A DNA stretch of 64,000 nucleotides from Squalus acanthias (taxonomy: Eukaryota), in contig CM059436.1 of NCBI GenBank assembly GCA_030390025.1, positions 37,386,001 through 37,450,000 on the forward strand, read 5' to 3'. The translations under genes and the position numbers were made by a program. This document shows positions 28,365-39,122 of the stretch, in pieces (within the stretch, counting starts at the first letter, position 1; each line of letters begins with the position of its first letter). The notes beneath the pieces are model-generated. The model saw only the letters and a program-made list of their open reading frames with translations, was not told the DNA's origin and did not search any database.

Positions 28365-28750
28365 CAAAGGGCACATACTTCCTGGAGCCAGGCAACTGCC
28401 AGAAGTGCACGGGTGTACACTAGAGACACTCTTATGATTTTTCTTTCATTGCCTAATATGAAGATTATTGGTTGCACAACAGGTCTAGATCCATAGAAAC
28501 ATAGAAGATAGGAGCAGGAGTAGGCCATTGTGGATAAGATTAGGAGCTCAGTGCAGTGAGAACTCAAAACTACATCTTATTCAATGGCTGTGCGCTATTA
28601 CTGTTCAATGCTATCTCGAGCCTGTATGACAAATGAGGCCATTTGCACTAATTGTGCTAAACAAATAGAGTTTGTATTTATTCACACTGATGAGATTAGA
28701 TTGTCATTTAGTCTATGTGTGTTTAAAAATGTTGATGTCTTCATCTATAG

Positions 28751-28969
28751 GACAAAGTAGATGAAGCTGTAAAGTTGCTTCAAGCATTGAAAGCTGAGTA
28801 CAAGCAAAAGACTGGCCAGGAATATAAGCCTGGTAATGTACCATCATCAGCTTCAAGTGCTGCCTCTCTTCCATTAACTTCAAGTAGTTTGGACAACAAA
28901 GCTTTGTATGACAAGGTTTCTGAACAAGGAGAGTTGGTCCGAAAACTCAAAACAGAAAAAGCTCCTAAG
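28751..28969 (+). CDS. EPRS1: EPRS1 exon (19a): second half of WHEP2 and first half of WHEP3
   Basis: 219 bp, phase 0-0; [22 protein letters not shown]...[15 protein letters not shown]. Confidence 0.93.
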
Positions 28970-29031
28970 GTATGTGTAATGATAAATGCATTGTGTAGAA
29001 TTAATAAGTTACCTACTATTAAAATGCTGCT

Positions 29032-30648
29032 ATAAAAACAGAAAATGCTGGTCAGGCAGCATCTGTGAAGAGAGAAACAGAGTTAACGTTTCAGGTCGAT
29101 GACCTTTCGTCAGAACTGGAAAAAAGCAGGAAATGGAACAGATTTTAAAGCAAGTTTAGGGGCTGGGAAAGGGGGGGAGGGGATGAAAGAACAAAAGGGA
29201 AGGTCTGTGATAGATAGAAGGCAGGAGAAGTAAAGAGACATTGAGAGATATTCAAGGCAAAAGGAGATGGTAATGGGACAGGTTAAGAAACAAAGGATGG
29301 CTTTAGATGAAGTGCAAATTGCGCTGGCAGAATGAAAGACAGCTGCCATGTGGGAGAGAAGAACAGAAGGCACAAACAAAAAGTGTGGATAAAAAATATA
29401 TATATGATGGGGGTCGAGGTTATGATCTGAAATTGTTGAACTCGATGTTGAGTCCAGAAGGCTGTAAAGTGCCTAATCGAAAGATGAGGTGCTGTTCCTC
29501 GAGCTTATGCTGAGCTTCAGTGGAACAATGCAATAGGCCGAGGACGGTGAGGTCTGAGTGGGAATGGAGCGGTGAATTAAAGTGACAGACGACCGGAAGC
29601 TCGGGGTCCCCCTTTCGGACTGAACGGAGGTGTTCCGCAAAGCGGTCACCCAATCTGCGTTTGGTCTCCCCAATGTAGAGGAGACCACATTGTGAGCAGT
29701 GAATACAGTATACTAAATTGCAAGAAGTACAAGTAAATCGCTGTTTCACCTGGAAGGGGTGTTTGGGGCCTTGGACAGTGGAAAGGGGAGAGGTATAAGG
29801 GCATGTGTTGCATCTCCTGCGCTTGCATGGGAAGGTGCCGGGCGAAGGGGTGCTGGGGATGGTAGAGGAGTGGACTAGGGTGTCGCGGAGGGAGCGGTCC
29901 CTTCGGAATGCTGAAAGGGGAAGTGAGGGGAAGATGTGTTTGGTGGTGGGATCACGCTGGAGGTGGCGGTAATGGCGGAGGATGATCCGTTGAATGTGGA
30001 GGCTGGTGGGGTGAAAGGTGAGGACAAGGGGAACTCTATCGTGGTTCCGGGAGAGAGGGGCAGGGGTGAGGGCAGAAGTGCGGGAGATAGAACGGACACG
30101 GTCAAGGGCCATGTCAATCACTGTAGAGGGGAATCCTCGGTTGAGGAAAAAGGAAGACTTGTCGGAAGCACTGGTATGGAAGGTGGCATCGTCGGAGCAG
30201 ATGCGGCGGAGACGGAGAAACTGGGAGAATGGAGTAGAGTCCTTACAGGAGGTGGGGTGGGAGGAAGTGTAGTCCAGGTAGCTGTGGGAGTCAGTGGGCT
30301 TGTAGTGAATGTTTGTCAATAACTTATCCCAGAGATGGAGACGGAGAAGTCGAGGAAGGGAAGGGAAGAGTCGGAGATGGACCATGTGAAGGTGAGGGAA
30401 GGGTGGAAATTGGAAGCAAAGTGAATGAAATTATCTAGTTCAGGGCGAGAGCAGGAAACGGCACCGATACAGTCATCAATGTACCGAAAAAGAGGTGAGG
30501 GAGGGGACTCGAGTAGGTCTGGAACAAAGAGTGTTCCACATATCCCACGAAAAGGCAGGCATAGCTAGGACCCATGCGGGTACCCATAGCAACACCTTTG
30601 ATTTGGAGAAAATGAGTGGAGTCAAAGGAGAGTTGTTCAATGTGCTTC
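29032..30648 (-). mobile_element. 5'-truncated Penelope-like element (RT C-terminus, GIY-YIG endonuclease, 3' pLTR)
   Basis: GVAMGTRMGPSYA RT motif; CKRRRCNTC linker; NLVYCIHCSQCGLLYIGET; 14-bp TSD ATTAAAATGCTGCT at 29018-29031 and 30649-30662. Confidence 0.93.
29081..29117 (-). ncRNA. Minimal type I hammerhead ribozyme motif in the Penelope pLTR
   Basis: Minus strand AGTT-CTGACGA-A-AGGTC-ATC-GACCT-GAAA-CG-TT-AACT: stem I, core, stem II and palindromic stem III. Confidence 0.8.
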
Positions 30649-31129
30649 ATTAAAATGCTGCTGGTTGCTAGTTTAATGGTTTTCTGATATAATTGAAATT
30701 ATTCTACTCTGTGAAACCTGTCTTTAAAACTAGTTGAGGACTGTATGATAGGGTTATATAGTTTTAAAATAGAACTCTGAACTTTTTAGATTCTTGTTTA
30801 AGAATCTTGTGCTTCTAAGTACTGAACTCTTGACTATATATTCCTTAATGTGCCTTTGGCAGCATCACCCAAATCTTTACAACAAATAAAAACATTTTTT
30901 ATCACTGGCATGCAATAAGTAAATCTGTTCTTGGCTGGTAACACTGGTTGAATGTAATAGTGAGATTGCTGTTCCAAGTCTTCTAATTTCAAATGTGCAC
31001 ATGGTTATTGCTGTTATAGCTGAATAGTAAAGTTAAAATCATAGAGAGATGATTGTGATTATGTTCTGTTTTACGCAGTGAGGGAGAGGATTTTCATTAG
31101 AAGAAAATGCTAATAAATTATTTATGCAT

Positions 31130-32010
31130 AATTTTTTATTTGTTCTCTGGATTTGGGTGACGCATTTATTGCCCATCTCTAGTTTCCTTGAGCAGCTGTT
31201 AATGGGCCTTCTCCTTAAGCTGCTGCAGTCCTTGTGTTGACGGTGCTCCCACAATGGTGTTCGGTAGAGAATTACAGAATATTGACTCCTCAACGTTGAA
31301 TGAAATGATATACGTCCAAGTCAGCATCATGTGACTTAAAGGGGAACTTGGAGGTGGTGATGTTTGTATGATACTGCTGTCTTGTCCTTCTCGGTGGAGG
31401 TCGCAGGGGAGGGAGGTGCTGTTCAAGTAACCTTGGTGAGTTGCTGCAGTACATCAGGCAGCCACAGTGCGCTGGCTTGAGGGGGAGCATATTGAGCCTG
31501 ATCAAGTGAACTGCTTTGTCCTGGATGGTGTTGAGCTTCTTGTGTTGTTGCAGCTGCACTCATCCAGGCGAGTGGTGAGTATTCCATCCCACTCCTAACT
31601 TTAAGCCTTGTAGATGGTAGATAGGAGGTCAGGAGGTGAGCCACTTGCCACAGCGTGCCCAGCCTCTGCTCTACTCTTCTAGTCGCTGTGTTGATCTGTC
31701 TGTGGTCCAATTAAGCTTCTGGACATTGGTGACTTCAAGATGTTGATAGAGGGACTAGGCAATGGTGGTGCTGTTGAAGGTCAGGGGGAGATGACTGTTT
31801 TCTCTTGTTCGAGGTGGTTATTTCCTGGCACTTATTTAGCACAAATGTTATGCTACTTGTCAGCCTAAACGTTGATGTTATCCAGGTTCTGCTATAGGCT
31901 GATATGTGCTGCTTCACTATCAGAGAGTTGTGAATGGAGCAGAACCCTGGCATCATCAGTGAACAACCCCACTCCTGACCTTATGACTGAGGGAGGATCA
32001 TTGATGAAGC
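31130..32010 (-). mobile_element. Decayed copy of the poly(A)-tailed LINE family at 17021
   Basis: Shared peptides MEYSPLAWMSAA and KKLNTIQDKA, same 3' end. Confidence 0.8.
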
Positions 32011-32276
32011 TCTTTTTTTATTTTCCTGTGACCTTTTGTGATTCATATGTGTTTAAGGAGGCCTCTTCATGTGTAATTTATAATTAGAAATGTTTTTTTC
32101 TTTTCTAAGAACTTTATTCTACTTCAAGAATCCTTGTAACTGTAATGAAATACAAAAGAGTTGAGTGTTCATGCAGTTCCAGCACCAGTATATCTTTGCA
32201 TTGCTATCTATATCTGCTTTAGTTTGTCTTGCTTTTTATTTCTGTTTCTGTTTAATTTTCTTACTTTCTGATGCAG

Positions 32277-32504
32277 GATAAGATAGATGAAGCAGTAAAA
32301 GCACTTCTAGCCTTAAAAGTGGAGTATAAACAGAAGACTGGTGAAGAGTACAAACCAGGGAAGCCACCTGGTGCTGCGGCAGTGCCAGCAACTGCAGCCA
32401 TGATCTCTACAGAAGCACCAGGATTTGATGAGAAAGCACTACACAGCAAGGTGGCAGAACAAGGAGAAGTTGTACGCAAACTTAAAGCAGAGAAAGTTTC
32501 TAAG
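32277..32504 (+). CDS. EPRS1: EPRS1 exon (19b): second half of WHEP3 and first half of WHEP4
   Basis: 228 bp, phase 0-0, pyrimidine tract plus CAG/GTAAC; DKIDEAVKALLALKVEYKQKTG...QGEVVRKLKAEKVSK. Confidence 0.9.
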
Positions 32505-35500
32505 GTAACAGGACGGGATTCTTTTAAAGTGTTAGAACCACAAGGTTTGTTGCCTAATTCACATGGAGAGGAAAAAATTAGCAGCCACTCTATTTCAGGT
32601 CAGATTTTAGCACCCTTCAAGAACAACATACCCACCCTCCCCTTTTCAAACTGGAGTGAACATTGTTCAACTCAGGAGGTTATGAAAGCAGTAAGATTCA
32701 TAAATAAAATGAAAACATTTGTACAATTGCACTGAAATTCAGGGTGCTAAATTCCATTAGAAGCCTGAAACTGTGCCATGTTGCTGAGAAATACCCCTTT
32801 ATAGCAAGTTTCAGGAGGTGGTCACCCCGCAGCGTAAGAGTGTGCAGGCAGAGAGGGAATGAGACGATCAGACAGACAAGGAGGACCAGGCAGGTAGTGC
32901 AGGAGTCCCCTGAGTGCATCTCGCTCTCCAACTGGTGAAGGGCGATGGTTTCTCTGGGGAGTACAGCCAGAGCCAAGTCCATGCTACCACGGGTGGCTCA
33001 GCTATACAGGGAGGAGGAGGAAGATTGGGAAAGCAATAGTGATAGGGGATTCGATAGTTAGGGGAACAGACGGGCATTTCTGTGGCCGCAGACGTGATTC
33101 CAGGATGGTATGTTGCCTCCCTGGTGCCAGGGTCAAGGATGTTCCTGAGCGGCTGCAGAACATTGAGGGGGGAGGGTGACCAGTCAGAGGTCGTGGTCCA
33201 TATCTGTATCAACGACATAGGTAGAAAGAGGGATGAGGTCCTGCAGGCAGATTTTAGGGAGCTAGGAAAGAGATTAAAAAGTAGGACCTCAAAGGTAGTA
33301 ATCTCTGGATTACTCCCAGTGCCACGAGCTAGTGAGTATAGAAATAGGAGGATAGAGCAGATGACTGCATGGCTGGGAGATGGTGCAGGAGTGGGGGCTT
33401 TAGATTCCTGGGACATTGGGACCTGTACAGGCCGGGCGGGTTGCACCTCAACAGAGCTCGGACCAATGTCCTCACGGGGGGGGGGGCGGGGGGGAGGTTT
33501 GCTAGTGCTGTTGGGGGGGGTTTAAACTAATTTGGCAGGGGGATGAGCACCAGGATGTAACATTAGAAAGGAGAAACAAGGGAGAGACAGATAACATGAG
33601 TAAGAAATAGTGCGGTATTAGGTGGGGTCAGACTGAGAGAATACAAGAAGGTCTAAGATAGGTTTACAGTGCATGTGTGTGAATGCACAAAGTGTGGTAA
33701 ATAAGGTTGGTGAGCTGCAGGCGCAAATAGCCACATGGGGATATGATGATGTGGCGATAACTGAGACCTGACTCAAAAAAGGGCAGGATTGGGTACTAAA
33801 TATTCCTGGATATAAGGTGTTCAGGAAAGATAGGGGAGGAAAGAAAGGAGGTGGGGTGGCAGTATTGATTAAGGAGAATATTACAGTGCTGGAGAGAGAG
33901 GATGTCCTGGAGGGGTCAAGGACAGAATCTATTTGGTTAGAGTTGAGAAACAATAGAGGTGCCATTACACTACTAGGTGTATTCTATGGGCCGCCAACTA
34001 GTGGCAAGGATATAGAGGAGCAAATTTGCAGGGAAATTACAGAGAGGTGCAAGAACTACAGAGTAGTGATAATTAGGGACTTCAACTATCCTAATATAGA
34101 CTGGGATAGTAATAGTGTAAAGGGCAGAGAGGGGGATGAACTTCTGAAGTGTGTTCAGGAGAACTTTCTTGATCAGTATGTTTCCGGCCCAACGCGGAAG
34201 GAGGCACTGCTGGATCTGGTTCTGGGGAATGAGGTGGGTCAAGTAGAGCAAGTGTCAGTAGGGGAACATTTAGGGAACAGTGATCACAGTATCCTAAGGT
34301 TTAGACTAGCTATGGAAAGGGACAGGGAACAATCTAGAGTAAAAATACTTAATTGGAGGAAAGCCAATTTCAGTGGGTTGAGAATGGATCTGGCCTGGGT
34401 AAATTGGAATCAAAGATTGGCAGGCCAAACTGTAATCGAACAATGAGCTGCCTTTAAAGAGGAGATGGTTCGGGTACAGTCGAGGTACATTCCCACGAGG
34501 GGGAAAGGGAGGGCAACCAAAGCCAGAGCACCCTGGATGACGAAAGAGATGGAGAGTAAGATGTAGCAGAAAAAGGGGGCGTTTGACAAATGTCAGGTTG
34601 GGAATACAAGTGAGAACCAGGCTGAATATAGAAAGTTCAGAGGGGAAGTGAAAAAGGAAATAAGAGGGGCAAAGAGAGACCAGAATAGATTGACAGCTAA
34701 CATAAAAGGGAATCCAAAAGTCTTCTATAGGCATATAAATAGTAAACGGGTCGTAAGAGGAGGGGTGGGGCCGATTAGGGACCAAAATGGAGACCTGCGC
34801 ATGGAGGCAGAGGGCATGGCTGAGTTACTAAATGAGTACTTTGCATCTGTCTTTACCAAGTAAGAAGATGTTGTCAAAGTCATCATGAAAGAGGAGGTGT
34901 TGAGATACTGGATGGGATAAAAATTGATAGAGGAGGTACTAGAAAGGCTGACTGTACTTAAAGTAGATAAGTCACCAGGACCGGATGGGATGCATCCTAG
35001 AATGCTGAGTGAAGTAAAGGTGGAAATTGTGGAGGTACTGGCCATAATCTTCCAATCCTCCTTGGGTATGGGGATGCTGCCAGAGGACTGGAGAATTGCA
35101 CATGTTACACCCTTGTTCAAAAAAAGAGTGTAAGGATAAAGCCAGCAACTACAGGCCAGCCAGTTTAACCTCGGTAGTGGGGAAGCTTTTAGAAACGATA
35201 ATCCAGGACAAAATTAACAGTCACTTGGACAAGTATGGATTAATTAAGGAAAGCCAGCACAGATTTGTTAAAGGCAAATCGTGTTTAACTAACTTGATTG
35301 AGTTTTTTGATGAGTTAACAGAGGGTTGATGAGGGCAATGTGGTTGATGTGGTGTACATGGGCTTCCGAAAGGCGTTTGAGAAAGTGCCACATAATAGGC
35401 TTGCCAGCAAAGTTTGAAGCCCATGTAATAAAAGAGACAGTGGCAACATGGATACAAAATTGACTAAGTGACAGGAAACAGAGAGTAGCGGTGAACGGCT

Positions 35501-35967
35501 GTTTTTCGGACTGGAGGAAGGTATACAGTGGTGTTCCCAGGGGTCGGTACTAGGACCACTGCTTTTCTTAATGCATATTAATGACTTAGACTTGGGAGTA
35601 CAGGGCACAATTTCAAAATTTGCAGATGACATAAAACTTGGAAGTATAGTGAACAGTGAGGAGGATAGTGATAGACTTCAAGAAGACATAGACAGGCTGG
35701 TGAAATGGGCGGGCAGATGGCATTTAACGCAGAAAAGTGTGAAGTGATACATTTTGGTAGGAAGAACGAGGAGAGGCAATATAAACTAAAGTGTACAATT
35801 CTAAAGTGGGTGCATGAACAGAGGGTATACGTGCACAAATCATTGTCATTGTAGGTGGCAGGGCAGGTTGAGAAAGCAGTTAAAAAAGCATACGGGATCC
35901 TGGGCTTCATAAATAGAAATCAGAAGTCGCACAACACCAGGTTATAGTCCAACAGATTTATTTAATT

Positions 35968-36006
35968 TTACAAGCTTTCGGAGCTGTTCGCTCCTTCTTC
36001 AGGTAA
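35968..36006 (-). ncRNA. Minimal hammerhead ribozyme motif (left arm, opposite strand)
   Basis: Exact reverse complement of 36288-36326. Confidence 0.75.
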
Positions 36007-36287
36007 GGTAGCTGTGAGAGAATCTCCCAGAATTCACAATATAAACACAGAAAAAATCTATTCAAATCTTTCCCTACATCAAAGACACACTAAGAGCACA
36101 GCCAAGACAATGAGATGTGTCCCAGGGGGTCCAACGTGTCAGCAGGTGTTTTGACACGTTGGACCCCCTGGGACACATCTCATTGTCTTGGCTGTGCTCT
36201 TAGTGTGTCTTTGATGTAGGGAAAGATTTGAATAGATTTTTTTCTGTGTTTATATTGTGAATTCTGGGAGATTCTCTCACAGCTACC

Positions 36288-36326
36288 TTACCTGAAGAAG
36301 GAGCGAACAGCTCCGAAAGCTTGTAA
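36288..36326 (+). ncRNA. Minimal hammerhead ribozyme motif (right arm)
   Basis: TTAC-CTGAAGA-A-GGAGC-GAACA-GCTCC-GAAA-GC-TT-GTAA. Confidence 0.75.
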
Positions 36327-37367
36327 AATTAAATAAATCTGTTGGACTATAACCTGGTGTTGTGCGACTTCTGATTTTTGTCCACCCCAGTCCAACGCCG
36401 GCATCTCCACATCATGACCTTCATAAATAGAGGCATTGAGTACAAAAGCAAGGAAGTTATGATGAACCTTTATTAAACACTGGTTCGGTCTCATCTAGAG
36501 TATTGTGTCCAATTCACGGCACCGCACTTTAGGAAGGATGTGAAGGCCTTACTAAGGGTTCAGAAAAGATTTACAAGAATAGTTCCAGGGATGAGGGACT
36601 TCAGTTATGTGGATAGACTGGAGAAGCTGGGGTTGTTCTCCTTAGAGCAGAGAAGGTTGAGAGGAGATTTGATGGAGGTGTTCAAAATCATGATGGGTCT
36701 CGACAGAGTAAATAGAGAGAAACTGTTCCCATTGGCGGAAGGGTCGAGAACCAGAGGAGACAGATTTAAGGTGATTGGCAGAAGAACCAAAGGCGACATG
36801 AGGAAAAACCTTTACGCAGAGAGTGGTTAGGATCTGGAATGTACTGCCTGAAAGGGTGGTGGAGGCAGATTCAATTGTGGCTTTCAAAAGAGAATTGGAT
36901 AAGTACCTGAAGCAAAAAAAATTTGCATGGCTGCGGGGGAGTGGGACTGGCTGAAGTGCTCTTGCAGAGAGCCGGCACGGGCTTGACGGGCCGAATGGCC
37001 TACTTCTGTGCTGTAAGCATTCTATGATTCTATTCTATTCTATGATCCAAGTGTTTTGGCAACCTTTTCCTAGTGAGCTGGAGTCAGTTTACCAGTCTCA
37101 GTCAGAAAGGCTGAAGCACACTGCTTGAGCAGATTAGAGGGAGTTTTACTTTGCACCTAACTACAGTGATCCTGCATGGAAAAAGCCTCTCTTCCCCAGC
37201 CCGAGCAAACATTTGTGTAATATTAGATATTCCAGTTTTGGATGCCTATAAATTAGTGTGCAGTATACTTTCATGCAGTGGGCAATTAGTTAACTTCCTT
37301 GTTGCATGTTCCAAATTTGGTTTTGTTTTCCTTCTCATAACCTCCACTCCCCAATTAATTTCTCCAG

Positions 37368-37621
37368 GGGATAATAGATGCTGCTGTCGCCTTGCTCCTT
37401 GATTTGAAGTGCCAGTATAAAGCTCTAACAGGAATGGAATATAAACCGGCTGCAGGGAGTGATGACAAGAACAAAAACAAAAAAGAGAAACAGAACAAAT
37501 CTGAGAAGCAGAATAAGTCTGAAAAACCTGAAGGGCAGAAGAAAGATGCAGCAAAAGAACAGGAGATGGGATTAAGCAATGGAGGTGCAGGAGAAGGGCA
37601 GGGGCCGAAGAAACAAACCCG
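37368..37621 (+). CDS. EPRS1: EPRS1 exon (20): second half of WHEP4 and basic linker
   Basis: 254 bp; [22 protein letters not shown]...[13 protein letters not shown]; donor GTGAGC. Confidence 0.93.
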
Positions 37622-37626
37622 GTGAG

Positions 37627-37762
37627 CAATGTTCCCTCTAATTTTTTGTTTTGTGCGCGTTCCCTTTAACTGGCTGCGCGACCCATTCAAATTTTCGCTC
37701 ATGCGCGATTTCTTCAATTTAAAAGCTGCTGAGCACGGCTGCATAGCTTAGTGGGACTGTTG
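37627..37762. mobile_element. hAT-type MITE inserted in an EPRS1 splice donor
   Basis: Left TIR CAATGTTCCCTCTA, decayed right TIR TAGTGGGACTGTTG; perfect 8-bp TSD CCGGTGAG; same family as 10604-10766. Confidence 0.85.
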
Positions 37763-38519
37763 CCGGTGAGTAAGTATTAAGACAAATTCAGCAAGGTTGT
37801 GCTCCTAAGAGTGGAACCTTGCTAGACAAGAGCCTGAGTTGGAAATAAAGCAAGGCACCTTAGTCTCCATTGTCTAATTCATGCTCCCGTCTAACCGTCA
37901 ATCTGAAAACCTTGCCAAACAGGCAGTCACATCAGTCAGCCTGGGAGTGACTAATGTCAGTCTGAGAGATCAGAGATTGGGAGCACATCCTTGTGAAATT
38001 TGTCCAATATTGTGACTGAGTTTTGGATTTCATTTTTTTTCTTTTGCAGATACTGATTCTGTTAAAGCCCTAAATAATTGGCGCATGAATTATATTTCTG
38101 CACGCACATTTATATACATTTTTAAACGGCCATACATTTCTTGGCCAGAGGTAGGGAGTGGGGAGAATACGAACGTATGATATTGTGGCACTTCTGAAAT
38201 TTGAAATAACTTAAATGTTTAATTTCTGTAATCTAATTCTTAAGTTTTTTTTAAAACTTTTTTTGCTCTCATGAAAGTGCTGAAGAATGGAATGTTTACT
38301 ACATTTGCTCCCAATTGTCAGCAGAAATTATTGGGTAAAGCACAGGCCAGGTGCTGAGTAAAGCTCCCTCTATTCTGCCTCAACAATGCACCTAAGCCCC
38401 AGCCTGAGAGCACCAGTGTCAGTTTTATTTTTCACTTTCTACACTGAGCATTTTTATAGTCTCTATAATTGAGATTTCAGATTGTGGACAGCTTTATGCT
38501 GTAGATTTCCAACCACTAC

Positions 38520-38635
38520 GAATTTGCAGGGCTATGGGGAAAGAGCAGGTGGAGTGGGACTAATTGGATAGCTCTTTAAAAGAGCAGGAATAGGCATGAT
38601 GGGTTGAATGGCCTCGTTCTGTGCTGTATGATTCT
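38520..38635 (+). mobile_element. CR1 3' tail fragment
   Basis: TTGCAGGGCTATGGGGAAAGAGCAGG...GAATGGCCTCGTTCTGTGCTGTATGATTCT. Confidence 0.7.
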
Positions 38636-39070
38636 GAAATGGTGCTGCTCAAAATAATTTCACGTAGTCTGTATAGACAGCAGAAGAGAAGCCATTTTCC
38701 TGTCCTGTGACTGGCTGGACTGGGGTTTGGGTTCTAAAGGTGAAAGAACATTATACTGTACGAACCCACTGTGTCCCTGAGGTCCCTGTAATCTCAAATA
38801 TCTAATACATTGATTAGATGTGTACATTTATATTGGCTAATATACTTGTAAATTATCTGTGGCATTTCCCTTAGTCTCGGGGTCTGGGAGTTTTGGCGGC
38901 ATTTTTAATAATATGTATGGATACCTTAAAGGCATAGATTTGACGAGTTTGAAGACTCGTCTGACATTTAGCCTATGTAGTCTAAATGGAGAACATGAAA
39001 TATGGGGTTGGTTCAATTATTAATGTATGTTCTTGTTTGTTGATTTTAAATGATGTGATCTTGTTTGCAG

Positions 39071-39122
39071 ATTGGGCCTAGAGGCTAAAAAAGAGGAGAA
39101 TCTAGCAGAGTGGTATTCACAA
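39071..39122 (+). CDS. EPRS1: EPRS1 exon (21), start of ProRS
   Basis: 52 bp; LGLEAKKEENLAEWYSQ. Confidence 0.94.

Larger units (their letters stand above)
35918..36418. mobile_element. Non-coding palindromic Penelope-pLTR-like insertion
   Basis: Arms 35917-36141 and 36152-36377, 10-nt loop, 13-bp TSD CTTCATAAATAGA. Confidence 0.85.
32800..37046 (+). mobile_element. Long CR1 (HER1-like) LINE, 5'-truncated in ORF1, disrupted, hosting a palindromic insertion
   Basis: Esterase GDS motif, APE and RT motifs, ATTCTATG-type tail; closely similar to 59500-63345. Confidence 0.92.

Noticed and set aside
33476-33521. Long G runs, potential G-quadruplex
   Set aside because: A homopolymer expansion inside a dead CR1 ORF1, absent from the sister copy; there is no evidence of function.
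37483-37526. 18-nt coding tandem repeat (EKQNKS x2) in the linker exon
   Set aside because: Low-complexity basic linker; the human protein has a similar repeat-like stretch as I recall it.
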